Source of the DNA: Candidatus Omnitrophota bacterium | GTDB taxonomy: Bacteria; Omnitrophota; Gorgyraeia; VGKH01 | Length of the DNA stretch: 64,000 bases | Reading direction: 5' to 3' | NCBI GenBank assembly: GCA_022703055.1 | Contig: JAKLEP010000002.1 | Span: 160,480 to 224,479 of the forward strand | Shown here: positions 1-11,277 of the stretch, piece after piece | How positions within the stretch are numbered: the first letter of the stretch is position 1 | How the letters are laid out: each line of letters opens with the position of its first letter | Made by a program: the position numbers and the translations under genes | The notes under the pieces: model-generated | The model's database searches: none | Seen by the model: only the letters and a program-made list of their open reading frames with translations | What the model was told of the DNA's origin: nothing

Positions 1-298
1 CTTTTAAGTCTCTTTCGGGAAGCGATGGTAAAATCGGCTCATAATACCCGCCGCCCATCATCTCGATTTGATTGCGAGAAACCATTTCTTTTATTATGCC
101 TATAGTTTTGGGATGTTTCTCTCCCAGGTAATCCAGGAGACAGCCCGATATATGAAAGGTCATCTTAATATCCGGGTAATCATGCAGGAGATTAAGAAAC
201 GGGCCATAACAGAGCCTGTGGGCCCTTTCGAAGATGCTCTCGAAATTGCCCACCGGCTGATGAAAATGAAGCGCCATGGCAAAGAATATTTTGTTCAT
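1..298 (-). CDS. GH57-family glycoside hydrolase (alpha-glucan active), 5' part only; gene runs off the left window edge
   Basis: Absent from the ORF track because it has no in-window stop. Manual minus-strand translation from ATG 298..296 gives MNKIFFAMALHFHQPVGNFESIFERAHRLCYGPFLNLLHDYPDIKMTFHISGCLLDYLGEKHPKTIGIIKEMVSRNQIEMMGGGYYEPILPSLPERDLK. HFHQP and GGYYEPIL are hallmark GH57 N-terminal motifs. Confidence 0.8.
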   Translation of the reverse strand, partial: MNKIFFAMALHFHQPVGNFESIFERAHRLCYGPFLNLLHDYPDIKMTFHISGCLLDYLGEKHPKTIGIIKEMVSRNQIEMMGGGYYEPILPSLPERDLK

Positions 299-311
299 GT
301 TTAATATATTT

Positions 312-1553
312 TTAAGCGGCGTAAATTCTATCTCTCAATTTGCAGGCGATATCCCTGGCTGCCAGCATCTGCAGATAGAATTTCCTTTTTGATTTTTCAG
401 AATGTTTTGATAGGATTAAAGTCTTGTATGCATTGAACAATGCCTCTTCTTGTAAGATGAGTCCTTTATTGATAAGATTTATGCTCCAGGTCCTACCCTT
501 ATTGGCCCACCAAAATTGGCAGCTATGGAGAGCTTTATCCAAAGATGCCCGAGCATATTCATAAAGATGTTTGGCCTCTTCGCCATCTTGGACGTGGCTA
601 GCGGCATTGACGAGCTTTAAACATATATGCAGATGCTGCCATTGAAGGCTATGTATTTTGTTTAGCGGGTTTCTCCAGAGAGGATAATAATCTTTGATGG
701 CGATATCTTCTTTTGTGGTACTCCAGGATGAATTTAGAGGTGGCTTGGATTCCTTAATCGGGAACTTATCCAAAAGCTCGCTCATTGTAATTGTCCTGAT
801 ATGAGGTATCAATTGATTCTTAATCTTACGTTTTTTGCTGGCGATAATCTTAAAAATCTTCCCCAGGAATAGTTTTTCCCAATGCTTGATGTGATGCCCG
901 AAAGTCTCCGCGTCCATTGCGGTGATGACATAGATATCTTTTTTTCCTTTTGCTAAATATTCTAAAGCGGCGATGAATCCCATGCTATCCACGCTGCGAA
1001 AACTGATTTTATTGCTGACGATATCATCCCTGAAGAAAGTGATTATGTTTGAATTCTCAGCCTTAGTCCTATAAATCACATCCAGAGGCCATTCGTCTGT
1101 ACAGGATACTCCGCTTAACAGCACCCATTCGTAACCCATTTCCCGGATTAATTCTCCGGAGCTAGCCGAATAGCACATCTCGGGCATGAAAAAACCACGC
1201 GGCCTAAAATTATCAGCGAAGAACAATGAATTGGTTTCTTCATTTAATTCTATTTGCCTTCTGGCTTCATCTTTTGGAATAAGAGGAATGATGGCATGAT
1301 ATTTGGCAGAACCGACAAACTCAATCTGTTTATTTTTTGCAAGCTTATTAAAATCGGCAATGATATCTTTGCCGTTATGCTCTGATAGCATTTGAGTGAG
1401 GACTCCGCAGATATTAACGGTTATTTTGGCCTTAGGATGTTTTTTGAGCATTTTAAGAAGTGGACGGTAAGATTCGTTGCTGACTTTTTCTAATATCGGA
1501 TAGGATTGTGTTGGGGGCTGATAAAAATGTAAAAAAGGAGCCCAGTATATCAA
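312..1553 (-). CDS. GH57-related glycoside hydrolase family protein
   Basis: 413-aa ORF. The N-terminus FLHFYQPPTQ matches the GH57 HF(H/Y)QP motif, and the mid-protein MDAETFGHH resembles the GH57 D-x-E-x-FGH catalytic region. It lies directly upstream of a second GH57 gene. Confidence 0.7.
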   Translation of the reverse strand: MIYWAPFLHFYQPPTQSYPILEKVSNESYRPLLKMLKKHPKAKITVNICGVLTQMLSEHNGKDIIADFNKLAKNKQIEFVGSAKYHAIIPLIPKDEARRQIELNEETNSLFFADNFRPRGFFMPEMCYSASSGELIREMGYEWVLLSGVSCTDEWPLDVIYRTKAENSNIITFFRDDIVSNKISFRSVDSMGFIAALEYLAKGKKDIYVITAMDAETFGHHIKHWEKLFLGKIFKIIASKKRKIKNQLIPHIRTITMSELLDKFPIKESKPPLNSSWSTTKEDIAIKDYYPLWRNPLNKIHSLQWQHLHICLKLVNAASHVQDGEEAKHLYEYARASLDKALHSCQFWWANKGRTWSINLINKGLILQEEALFNAYKTLILSKHSEKSKRKFYLQMLAARDIACKLRDRIYAA

Positions 1554-1701
1554 TTCTACTCCTTTAAATAATTTTATTTATAACCAGATTACTTTTTAAA
1601 CAATATTAAAAACAATTTACAATACAGGTATATTTTTTTCTATTGTAATAGCAAGCCAAAGCCTAAAGCAGAAAACCTGTAAGAAATGTGACTAAACTCG
1701 A

Positions 1702-1893
1702 TTATAAAGATAATTCTTTCTTAATCTCCTTCTCTGCTCTTAACCAATCATCAAGGTCATTTCCACCCTGATAACCTCTCTGCTCAAAATAAGAATAAGC
1801 GCGCTCCTGAATCATACGACTAAGCTCATCTGCGGTTACTCTTCTGAACGATCTTTTCTTATTATTCTTTGAATTCATCTTCTTGCTAAACAT
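1702..1893 (-). CDS. DUF2934-like small protein
   Basis: 63 aa. IQERAYSYFEQRGYQGGNDLDDWLRAEKEI fits the RAY-x-W/F-E-x-RG...DW-x-AE pattern of DUF2934. Confidence 0.55.
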   Translation of the reverse strand: MFSKKMNSKNNKKRSFRRVTADELSRMIQERAYSYFEQRGYQGGNDLDDWLRAEKEIKKELSL

Positions 1894-1933
1894 TTCTCAT
1901 TCACCTCTCTTTCTGAAAAATTATATTTCTTGT

Positions 1934-3941
<2,008 letters not shown>

Positions 3942-3942
<1 letters not shown>

Positions 3943-4964
3943 TAAATTTGTACTCCTCTTAAGAATTCTGCTGCCTGTTCCGGCGGAAGAGGACAGATAT
4001 AAAAACCTGTGCCCCATTCAAAACCGGCCACACGCGTAAGCCTTGGCATGATTTCTATGTGCCAATGATAATCTTGATCAACAGTCTTCCAATATCCGGC
4101 CTTAGCTTTTCTAAATGGTGCCGTATGCAAAACATAATTGTAAGGAGGATTGCCTAATCCTTTTTTCATCTTCAGTAATACTGCCTTTAAGATTTGGGCT
4201 AACCCATTTTCTTCTGATTGATCAAGTTTTATAAAATCACAGCTATGTTTTTTAGGTAAAATCCATACTTCGAAAGGAAAGCGCGAAGCAAATGGTGTGA
4301 CTGCCACAAAACCATCTACGTCTAAAACTACTCTTACTTTGGAATCTAACTCCTGTTTGATCAAATCGCAGAATACACATCTCTCATGGTAATCAAAATA
4401 TCTTTTGGCCCCGACCAATTCTTCCTTAACACGTTTTGGATTTACAGGAGTCGCAATCAGTTGTGAACGGGAATGCCTTATCCTCCCACCACCAGCAACC
4501 CAACCATAATTCTTAAATACTAGAACGTATTTAAAACGGGGATCTTTCTCTAAATCTATCAATCTTTCTTTGTAGCAATCAATTACGCATCTTATCTGAT
4601 CTGTTTCTAACTCACAGATATTATCAATATGTTTTGGCGTTTCGATTATTACCTCGTGAGCTCCTATGCCATCCATCAAATCATATACACCTATACCGCG
4701 TCGATTAAGCTTGCCTTCTATTCTTAAGGCTGGCTTGATGCTTGGAACCACGCGGACTTTCCAACCCGGGCTATTTGGCCTGGAATGAGAATCGCGCACA
4801 GCCCTGATTTCAAGAGGAGTCTGAGACTCCCTGCCTTCACAGAAAGGACACTCGCCTTCAGGAGGGCCGTCCTGGGAAGCTTTAAAATCATCTGGTCTTC
4901 TTGCCCTTTCAGTGGCGATTATAACCCAACGACCAAGTATAGGATCTTTTCTTAACTCTGGCAT
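3942..4964 (-). CDS. GalT-family paralog with the second (nucleophile) His of HxHxQ replaced by Arg
   Basis: 340 aa, collinear with the downstream paralog ([45 protein letters not shown]). The active-site segment reads RHSRSQLIATP instead of EHDHSQLIALP. Confidence 0.7.
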
Positions 4965-5028
4965 TTTACCTCACTTATAGAATAGAATCAGATTATATCA
5001 CAAATCTAATTTTTTGTGCAAGCTTTTT

Positions 5029-5958
5029 TTAACTTAATATAATGCCCTTGGTTATCTTGTGGCCGCAGATGAACTGATCCGCTGTAAGTTTCCTGCCAGA
5101 TTCTAACTGTAACAGTTTGATACTGATAGCGTTATCTCCGCAGGCTACTAGAATCCCCTCTTTTGAGGTACTGATCACTTCTCCGGGCTTAAGGCTGGCT
5201 ACATCCATAGTCACGACTTTTACTTGCCAGATCTTCAATAATTTTCCCTGCCAATAGCTAAAACTACCCGGCCAGGGAATAGTTCCTCTAGTCTGGTTAA
5301 AAATATCTTCTGCGGGTTTAGACCAATCAATCAGACCATCGGTCCTCTTTAATTTCGGCGCAAGGGTCGCTTCTTTAGAATTCTGTCTCTTCAATTCCGT
5401 ATCGCCTTGTTCTAGTTTTGCCAAAACATCCGCCAGCGATTCCGCTCCTAAAACAGAAAGTTTTTTGTTCAAAGTTTCGGAAGTATCAGAGGTCTTTATT
5501 TCTATTTCTTTCTGAGCGATGATTTCCCCCTGATCCATAAATTCATTCATCTTGATAATGGTTACTCCGGTTTTATTCTCTCCCTTAATAATCGCCCAAT
5601 TTATCGGTGCTGCTCCTCTATATTTCGGCAACAGTGATGCGTGAACATTTATCGCCATCTTCCTGGGGACTGAAATCAAACTTTTGGGCAAGATTAATCC
5701 GTAGGATACGACTACAAAAATATCGGCTTGCATTTTTTTAATTGATTCAATAAAGCTTGGATCTATTTTTGCAGGCTGCATCAATTTTAAACCAAATCCG
5801 ACAGCCGTATCTTTAACTGCTGTTGAACTAGATAAAAGGTGCCGACCTTTTTTGCGGTCTGGCTGGGTCACTACGCAAGACAATTCATTTTTAGTCTCCG
5901 CTATTTTCTTTAGCGATTCAACCGCAAATTCCGAACTGCCGAAAAACACAATCTTCAT
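5029..5958 (-). CDS. fmt: Methionyl-tRNA formyltransferase
   Basis: MKIVFFGSSEFAV N-terminus, HASLLPKYRGAAPINWAI formyltransferase motif, 309 aa. Confidence 0.93.
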   Translation of the reverse strand: MKIVFFGSSEFAVESLKKIAETKNELSCVVTQPDRKKGRHLLSSSTAVKDTAVGFGLKLMQPAKIDPSFIESIKKMQADIFVVVSYGLILPKSLISVPRKMAINVHASLLPKYRGAAPINWAIIKGENKTGVTIIKMNEFMDQGEIIAQKEIEIKTSDTSETLNKKLSVLGAESLADVLAKLEQGDTELKRQNSKEATLAPKLKRTDGLIDWSKPAEDIFNQTRGTIPWPGSFSYWQGKLLKIWQVKVVTMDVASLKPGEVISTSKEGILVACGDNAISIKLLQLESGRKLTADQFICGHKITKGIILS

Positions 5959-5967
5959 TTCAATCCT

Positions 5968-7833
5968 TTATAAATCCACATTTATCGTGGTTATTACCCC
6001 GGATTTCCTTTTATATTCTAATATGGGTTTGTGGATAAGTGAACAAATATTTTTAACAGAGCTTCCCTTCAATAATATATTCCAATAGAAATTACCTCTG
6101 AGCTTTGAGGGAATCGAAGGACTGGGCTCGTATATCTCTATGGTTTTAGCCTTATTCGATTTGGTTAGCGTATCGAACAAAGCAAAGCTTACCTCTTTTA
6201 CCCTATCATTAATCTTACCGCGCAGATTAACCTGTACTAAATGCCTAAATGGCGGAAAACCTAATTCTCTCCTATTGTTCAGTTCCTGCTTATAAAAATA
6301 ATCGGGATCATTTTTATATATCGCCTGCATGATGTAGTGTGTAGGATTTGAAGTCTGGATAATCATTTTGTTTGCAGTAATCTTTCTAAGCCTATAAAGC
6401 AGAGAATATGTCTTTTCTGCCGCCCGAAAATCTATTCTATTCAATGAGGCATCGGGCTTTAATACTCCTAAGAGATCGACGCTAAAATTATGTTTCTTTA
6501 GACTAATTTGAGTAGAGATTAAAATATCGAAGTCGTCTGCTGGCAGACTTGATTCTTTATCCCAGCGCCTGATTTTTGCCTGGGGGAACATCCTATGCAT
6601 TTCGCTTTCAAGCTTCTCGGTTCCTATTCCAGAATAACGCATATACGCAGCCTGACAATTCGGGCAAATGGACAAAGCTTGAGTTTTATAATTGCAATAT
6701 CTGCAAGTCAAAGATTTCTTATCGTAATGATAAGTCAAGCTGATATTACATCTTGGGCATTTCAATGAATAGCCGCAGCTTCGGCATTGGATAAACGTAG
6801 AAAATCCTTTGCGGTTCATAAAAAGCATGACCTTGCCGCCCGAAGCCAGTGTATTTTGGATATTGTTTTCTAAAAAAGACGAAAGAATAAAATCCCTTTT
6901 TCTCTGCCTGAATCTTTCTTCGTTGGTATCAAGTAACTTGACATCAATTGTTTTAGAAACTGTTCCTTTTGGCTCAACTAATTTTGCATTTTTTTGTTTT
7001 ATCTGAGAAAAAGTCTCCAAGGAAATTGTGGTGCTTGATAAAACTAGCGAAGCCTTTTCTTTTTCTACGCGCATATAAGCCACTGACCGAGAATGGTAAT
7101 GCGGCGACTGGTCATGTTTATAGGCGTAATTGTCTTCTTCCTCAATAATAATAAGCCCTAGATTATTGACGGGTGCAAAAACTGCCGAGATAACACCGAT
7201 GACTATGCTGGCCTGGGAATTTTTTATCCTGGCCCATTCGTGCAACCCCTGATTTGGATTTTGTGTACCATACAAAACCGCGACTCTACCACTGAATTCT
7301 GCCTCAAGTTTATCAAAGTAATCCTTGATATATGATATCTCAGGCACCAAAAATATAACGTCTCTTTGTGCAGATAATACGGTTCTTATCTTGCCCAGAT
7401 AGAAATCCCATTTTTCCTGCTCCGGTAAATCTTTCAGAACAGAAACTTCTGGTTTTCCCGAAGGAACATTGGATACAATCTTTCCCTTATGCAGGATATC
7501 GACTTGCTTGCCTTTTCTTATCGCCTGCGGAAGAGATATCTCTATCATCTCCCCCAAACTGCAGCAATAATAATCAGCTAGCTCCTTTAACTGGCTTAAT
7601 AAATCTTCATCCAATATTGGAGTTTCGTCGATTAAAGATAGAATCGGTTTTAAATGCCTGAATTCTGATTTCTCTTTTAAAGCGACTACGTATCCGATCA
7701 ACCTTTTATTGCCAAAACCGACTTTGACTCTTGCGCCGACGCTAACTTTGCCAAGCATACTTACCGGAATCGCATAATCAAACCTGGTTTCAATTGGTAA
7801 ATTAAATATTACCTGGGCTATCTTTCTCTTCAT
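5968..7833 (-). CDS. priA: Primosomal protein N' (PriA) homolog with degenerate helicase/ATPase motifs
   Basis: 621 aa. It has the N-terminal 3'-DNA-binding-like region (RVKVGFGNKRLIGYVV), the Cys-rich zinc region CRSCGYSLKCPRCNISLTYHYDKKSLTCRYCNY...CPNC, and the GIGTEKLE motif. Walker A, DEEH and GRAGR positions are substituted (see findings). Confidence 0.8.
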   Translation of the reverse strand: MKRKIAQVIFNLPIETRFDYAIPVSMLGKVSVGARVKVGFGNKRLIGYVVALKEKSEFRHLKPILSLIDETPILDEDLLSQLKELADYYCCSLGEMIEISLPQAIRKGKQVDILHKGKIVSNVPSGKPEVSVLKDLPEQEKWDFYLGKIRTVLSAQRDVIFLVPEISYIKDYFDKLEAEFSGRVAVLYGTQNPNQGLHEWARIKNSQASIVIGVISAVFAPVNNLGLIIIEEEDNYAYKHDQSPHYHSRSVAYMRVEKEKASLVLSSTTISLETFSQIKQKNAKLVEPKGTVSKTIDVKLLDTNEERFRQRKRDFILSSFLENNIQNTLASGGKVMLFMNRKGFSTFIQCRSCGYSLKCPRCNISLTYHYDKKSLTCRYCNYKTQALSICPNCQAAYMRYSGIGTEKLESEMHRMFPQAKIRRWDKESSLPADDFDILISTQISLKKHNFSVDLLGVLKPDASLNRIDFRAAEKTYSLLYRLRKITANKMIIQTSNPTHYIMQAIYKNDPDYFYKQELNNRRELGFPPFRHLVQVNLRGKINDRVKEVSFALFDTLTKSNKAKTIEIYEPSPSIPSKLRGNFYWNILLKGSSVKNICSLIHKPILEYKRKSGVITTINVDL

Positions 7834-8915
7834 TTTATAATATCCAGAATATCTTTTGTTTCCACGGAGGTAAAAACCGATGTGTTTTGCTTCATCTTCG
7901 CTAACTCGGAAGGATTATTCTTCAATTTCAGAACCATATCTTCAATATCATTTACGTTCTTGGCGATAAAGCCGATGCCTTGCGATTGCATCAGCTTAGC
8001 ATTTGTTTTCTCCTGTCCCGGTATTAAATTAAAAAATATCATGGGCAGCTTTTTGACTAATGATTCGGAGATTGTCAGGCCTCCGGCCTTGGTAATTATC
8101 ACGTCGCTGGCCGACATCAATTCGTGCATATTATCTACCAAGCCAAAAACCACCAGGGATTCTTGGCCAAGTTTTACTAGTTTATTAAACAGTTTTTTAT
8201 TCCTGCCGCAAACAACCAGAAGCTGGATATGCTTCTGCAAAGAATTGACAATTCTCTCTATCGGGCCCAAACCGATAGCCCCAGTAACAATCAAAGCAGT
8301 AAAAACATCTGGTCTTATATTCATTTTTCTACAAAGATATTCCTTATCAGATGATTTCAAGAAGCCGCTTCTGACCGGAATGGGCATGACTTTAATCTTT
8401 TCTAATTTGACGCCATGCGAAACCAGATAATCTTTTAGCTTCGGATAGGCTACGGTATAAATATCAACTTCTTCTGCCAGCCAAAAATGATGAATTGAAA
8501 AATCGGTCACCACCGATATTAATTTTGCCTTAAGGCCCGATGTTTTTTTCAGACGAGAAACCACTCGGTTTGAGAAGAAATGGGTAGAAATAACGATATC
8601 TGGATTTTGAGTGAGAATAAATTTATCCAGCTTGCGTGAATTTATAAAATTAAAGAAATTGCGCACTAAATTGACTGGCCAAATTAACCATCGATTATTG
8701 GTAAGCCAAAAGAAAACACCCCAGATAAAAGGAAGCCGAGAAATCAAAAAACTGTATCCTCGGCTATAAGAAAATCTAAAAAATCGGTTGGTATAATCCA
8801 GCGCATCGATAAGAATAATTTCATGCAAGGATTGTAACTTCAACCTTTGAGAAATAGCCTCGGCGGCTTTTTTGTGGCCTTCTCCTGCCGTCGCATATAT
8901 AACTAATATTTTCAT
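7830..8915 (-). CDS. GT28-family glycosyltransferase (MGDG synthase/UgtP-like diacylglycerol glycosyltransferase)
   Basis: MKILVIYATAGEGHKKAAEAI N-terminus is typical of MGDG-synthase-like proteins. The C-terminal ITKAGGLTISE...IPGQE motif is as in MurG/GT28. Confidence 0.7.
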   Translation of the reverse strand: MKILVIYATAGEGHKKAAEAISQRLKLQSLHEIILIDALDYTNRFFRFSYSRGYSFLISRLPFIWGVFFWLTNNRWLIWPVNLVRNFFNFINSRKLDKFILTQNPDIVISTHFFSNRVVSRLKKTSGLKAKLISVVTDFSIHHFWLAEEVDIYTVAYPKLKDYLVSHGVKLEKIKVMPIPVRSGFLKSSDKEYLCRKMNIRPDVFTALIVTGAIGLGPIERIVNSLQKHIQLLVVCGRNKKLFNKLVKLGQESLVVFGLVDNMHELMSASDVIITKAGGLTISESLVKKLPMIFFNLIPGQEKTNAKLMQSQGIGFIAKNVNDIEDMVLKLKNNPSELAKMKQNTSVFTSVETKDILDIIK

Positions 8916-8946
8916 TGTTTTGAGTTTATATTGATTGAAAGGTGAG

Positions 8947-9495
8947 CTATTTTAAAACTATCTCGACTGCTTCTTTAAGATTCCCGGTGATATAGTCCGG
9001 CTTCTCCTGCCAGTTAGACATGTTTTCCAGCTTCTCTTTCCCGGAAAGAACCAAAATCGTTTTAAAACCAAGCCCTTTCCCCGTCTGGACGTCTCTAATA
9101 CTGTCCCCGATAAAATATGTGGAATTTAAATCTATATTTTTGGCGCCTACGCTTTCTAACGCTTTTTTTATCAGTCCTGCCTTGGGCTTGCGGCAATCAC
9201 AGTTCTCTTGGGCGGTATGGGTGCAATAAAAAACTTCTTTTATCCTGGCTTTATTCTTTGATACTTCTTTGAGCATACGGGAAGTTATGTCTTTTAAGTT
9301 TTCCGCCGGATAGATTCCTTCCGAAACTCCCGCCTGATTGGAAATTACAAAAATATCGAAACCGGAGTCGGTCAACTTCTTTAATGCCTCAAGGCTCCCC
9401 GGCACAAACTTAAATTCACTCCAATGGGTAACGTATTTAAAATCCCCCGGATATTCGTTTATTACGCCGTCTCGATCAAGAAAAATAACTTTCAT
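8947..9495 (-). CDS. gmhB: D-glycero-D-manno-heptose 1,7-bisphosphate phosphatase (HAD-IIIA)
   Basis: FLDRDGVIN HAD motif I, the CTHTAQENCDCRKP zinc-loop motif, GDSIRD motif; 182 aa. Confidence 0.85.
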   Translation of the reverse strand: MKVIFLDRDGVINEYPGDFKYVTHWSEFKFVPGSLEALKKLTDSGFDIFVISNQAGVSEGIYPAENLKDITSRMLKEVSKNKARIKEVFYCTHTAQENCDCRKPKAGLIKKALESVGAKNIDLNSTYFIGDSIRDVQTGKGLGFKTILVLSGKEKLENMSNWQEKPDYITGNLKEAVEIVLK

Positions 9496-10513
9496 TATCT
9501 CTTACCCACTTTATCAATCTTGTGATACCTTCCTCTACATTGACCCTTGTTTTCCAATTCAATGTCTTTTCTAACTTTTTAGTATCGGAAATATAGACCT
9601 TTTGGTCCGATGGCCGCCAATCAGTGAATTTTAGTTTAGGTTTTTTTTCGGTGGCTTTTTCTATCTGTTCAATAAACTCAAGCAGTGAAATAGTATTGTT
9701 ATTGCCTCCGCCGATATTGAAAACTCCATGATTTTTATCAGACTTGATAAACTTCTCGAAAGCATCTATTAAATCGGAGACATAAAGCATGTCCCTTACT
9801 TGTTTTCCGTCTCCGTAGATAGTTATCGGCTTGTTAAAAAGTGCAGCAATGATAAACCAAGCAACCCAGCCCTGGTCTTCGAATCCGAACTGACGCGTTC
9901 CATAAGTGCAGGACATACGAAAAGCCGCAGTTTTCATACCATAGATGTGGCCATATTCCTGCACATAAAGTTCCCCTGTCAGTTTACTGACTCCGTAAGG
10001 AGTATGTCCGGTTAAATCCGTCGGCATATCTTCGGAAACTCCCAAAATATTATCGTAAATGTACCTTTTTTCTTTTTCTTTTAAAGGGATCTTATCGACA
10101 TTCTCGCCGTAGACCTTATTTGTGGAACAATAGATAAAAGCGGCATACTTACAGACTTTCCTTGTGGCTTCCAAAGTATTTAAGGTTCCGAAAGCATTAA
10201 TGCTGAAATCTTCCAAAGGATCTTTTACAGAAGAAGCGACTCCTGGTTGGCCTGCCGTATGAATCACGACATCCACTCCTTTGCCCAAAGCTTTCAAAAC
10301 ATCCTTTTCGTTTCTTACGTCTCCCTTGATTCTTTTTACGTTCTTATATTTAGCCAGATAATTCCAGTTATATTCTACGGATTTTTGGTCATATCCGAAT
10401 ATTTTGGAGCGCATTAAATTGTCTAATATGGTGACGTCATCGCCTTTTGTCGCGAAATGTTCCGCGCAATGAGAACCGACCAACCCGGCTCCGCCAGTGA
10501 TTAAAATCCTCAT
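9476..10513 (-). CDS. NAD-dependent sugar-nucleotide epimerase/dehydratase (extended SDR, CDP-paratose 2-epimerase-like)
   Basis: MRILITGGAGLVGSH Rossmann N-terminus and the YGVSK catalytic Y-x3-K. Start is set at ATG 10513 (GGAGAG 6 nt upstream, ATGA overlap with the upstream stop) rather than the TTG at 10540 used by the track. Confidence 0.75.
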   Translation of the reverse strand: MRILITGGAGLVGSHCAEHFATKGDDVTILDNLMRSKIFGYDQKSVEYNWNYLAKYKNVKRIKGDVRNEKDVLKALGKGVDVVIHTAGQPGVASSVKDPLEDFSINAFGTLNTLEATRKVCKYAAFIYCSTNKVYGENVDKIPLKEKEKRYIYDNILGVSEDMPTDLTGHTPYGVSKLTGELYVQEYGHIYGMKTAAFRMSCTYGTRQFGFEDQGWVAWFIIAALFNKPITIYGDGKQVRDMLYVSDLIDAFEKFIKSDKNHGVFNIGGGNNNTISLLEFIEQIEKATEKKPKLKFTDWRPSDQKVYISDTKKLEKTLNWKTRVNVEEGITRLIKWVRDNESYFS

Positions 10514-11277
10514 TTCTTTCTCTCCCTTTTCATTTGCCAATATTTGGCATAGCTTATTATCTGATATAAACTCGCAAAATAAGCAATCATAAAACCGACG
10601 AATCCGTCTTTGTATGCTCTTTTGCCAAATAGAGATCTGAAAAACCTATCAATTGTCCTCCAGAATGCCTTGCCGAAAGACATCTGGCGGCCAGTATTAA
10701 TCCATTTTTTTGCCTCTAAAGTTGTTTGTCTATTCAGGCTTGCCAGAAAATGTTCGAAATCAGGATAGCCTTTATGGACTATATCTTTGGTCAAGTGTCC
10801 GGTCTCGCCATCTAAAAATACTTTTGGATGGACTTCGACTTCCTCGTAATGAAATTTGCTTTTTTTAAATAAACGCAGCTTACCTGCAGGATACCAGCCT
10901 GAATACCTCACCCAATAATCTCCGATAAAATTTCGCAAAGGTATGGAAAAAGCGCTGAATTTTGTATTGGCTTCCAGTACTTTGGAAATTTCCTGCTTTA
11001 ATTCTTCCGTCACGAACTCGTCGGCGTCCAGGCTTAAGACCCATTCATTTCTGGCCTGGGAATATGACCAATTGCGATGAATGCCTTCAATGTCCATGCG
11101 CCTTTCAAAAATTTTATCGGCGAACTTCTGGGCGATTTCCACTGTCTTATCAGTGCTCATATCATCGACGATGACAATTTCATCGGCCCATCCATGGACA
11201 CTCTGTAAACATTTTTCGATATTATCCTGTTCGTTTTTGGTAATCACCACTACTGACAAAGGTATCTTTTTATCCAT
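10510..11277 (-). CDS. GT2-family glycosyltransferase
   Basis: LSVVVITKNEQDNIEKCL, IVIVDDMSTDKT and LSLDADE (DxD) motifs; 255 aa. Confidence 0.8.
   Translation of the reverse strand: MDKKIPLSVVVITKNEQDNIEKCLQSVHGWADEIVIVDDMSTDKTVEIAQKFADKIFERRMDIEGIHRNWSYSQARNEWVLSLDADEFVTEELKQEISKVLEANTKFSAFSIPLRNFIGDYWVRYSGWYPAGKLRLFKKSKFHYEEVEVHPKVFLDGETGHLTKDIVHKGYPDFEHFLASLNRQTTLEAKKWINTGRQMSFGKAFWRTIDRFFRSLFGKRAYKDGFVGFMIAYFASLYQIISYAKYWQMKRERKK

Noticed and set aside
68-304. 78-aa plus-strand ORF (TTG start) listed in the track
   Set aside because: It lies entirely antisense to an open minus-strand frame that encodes a clear GH57 N-terminus, so it is a shadow ORF with no recognisable motif.
7882-8430. 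182-aa plus-strand ORF. Similar long plus-strand ORFs lie at 12623..13018, 21325..21681, 25438..25806, 33096..33425, 45175..45519 and 61378..61731.
   Set aside because: Each lies fully inside a well-supported minus-strand gene and has a low-complexity, motif-free translation. They are antisense shadow ORFs typical of AT-rich, stop-poor frames.
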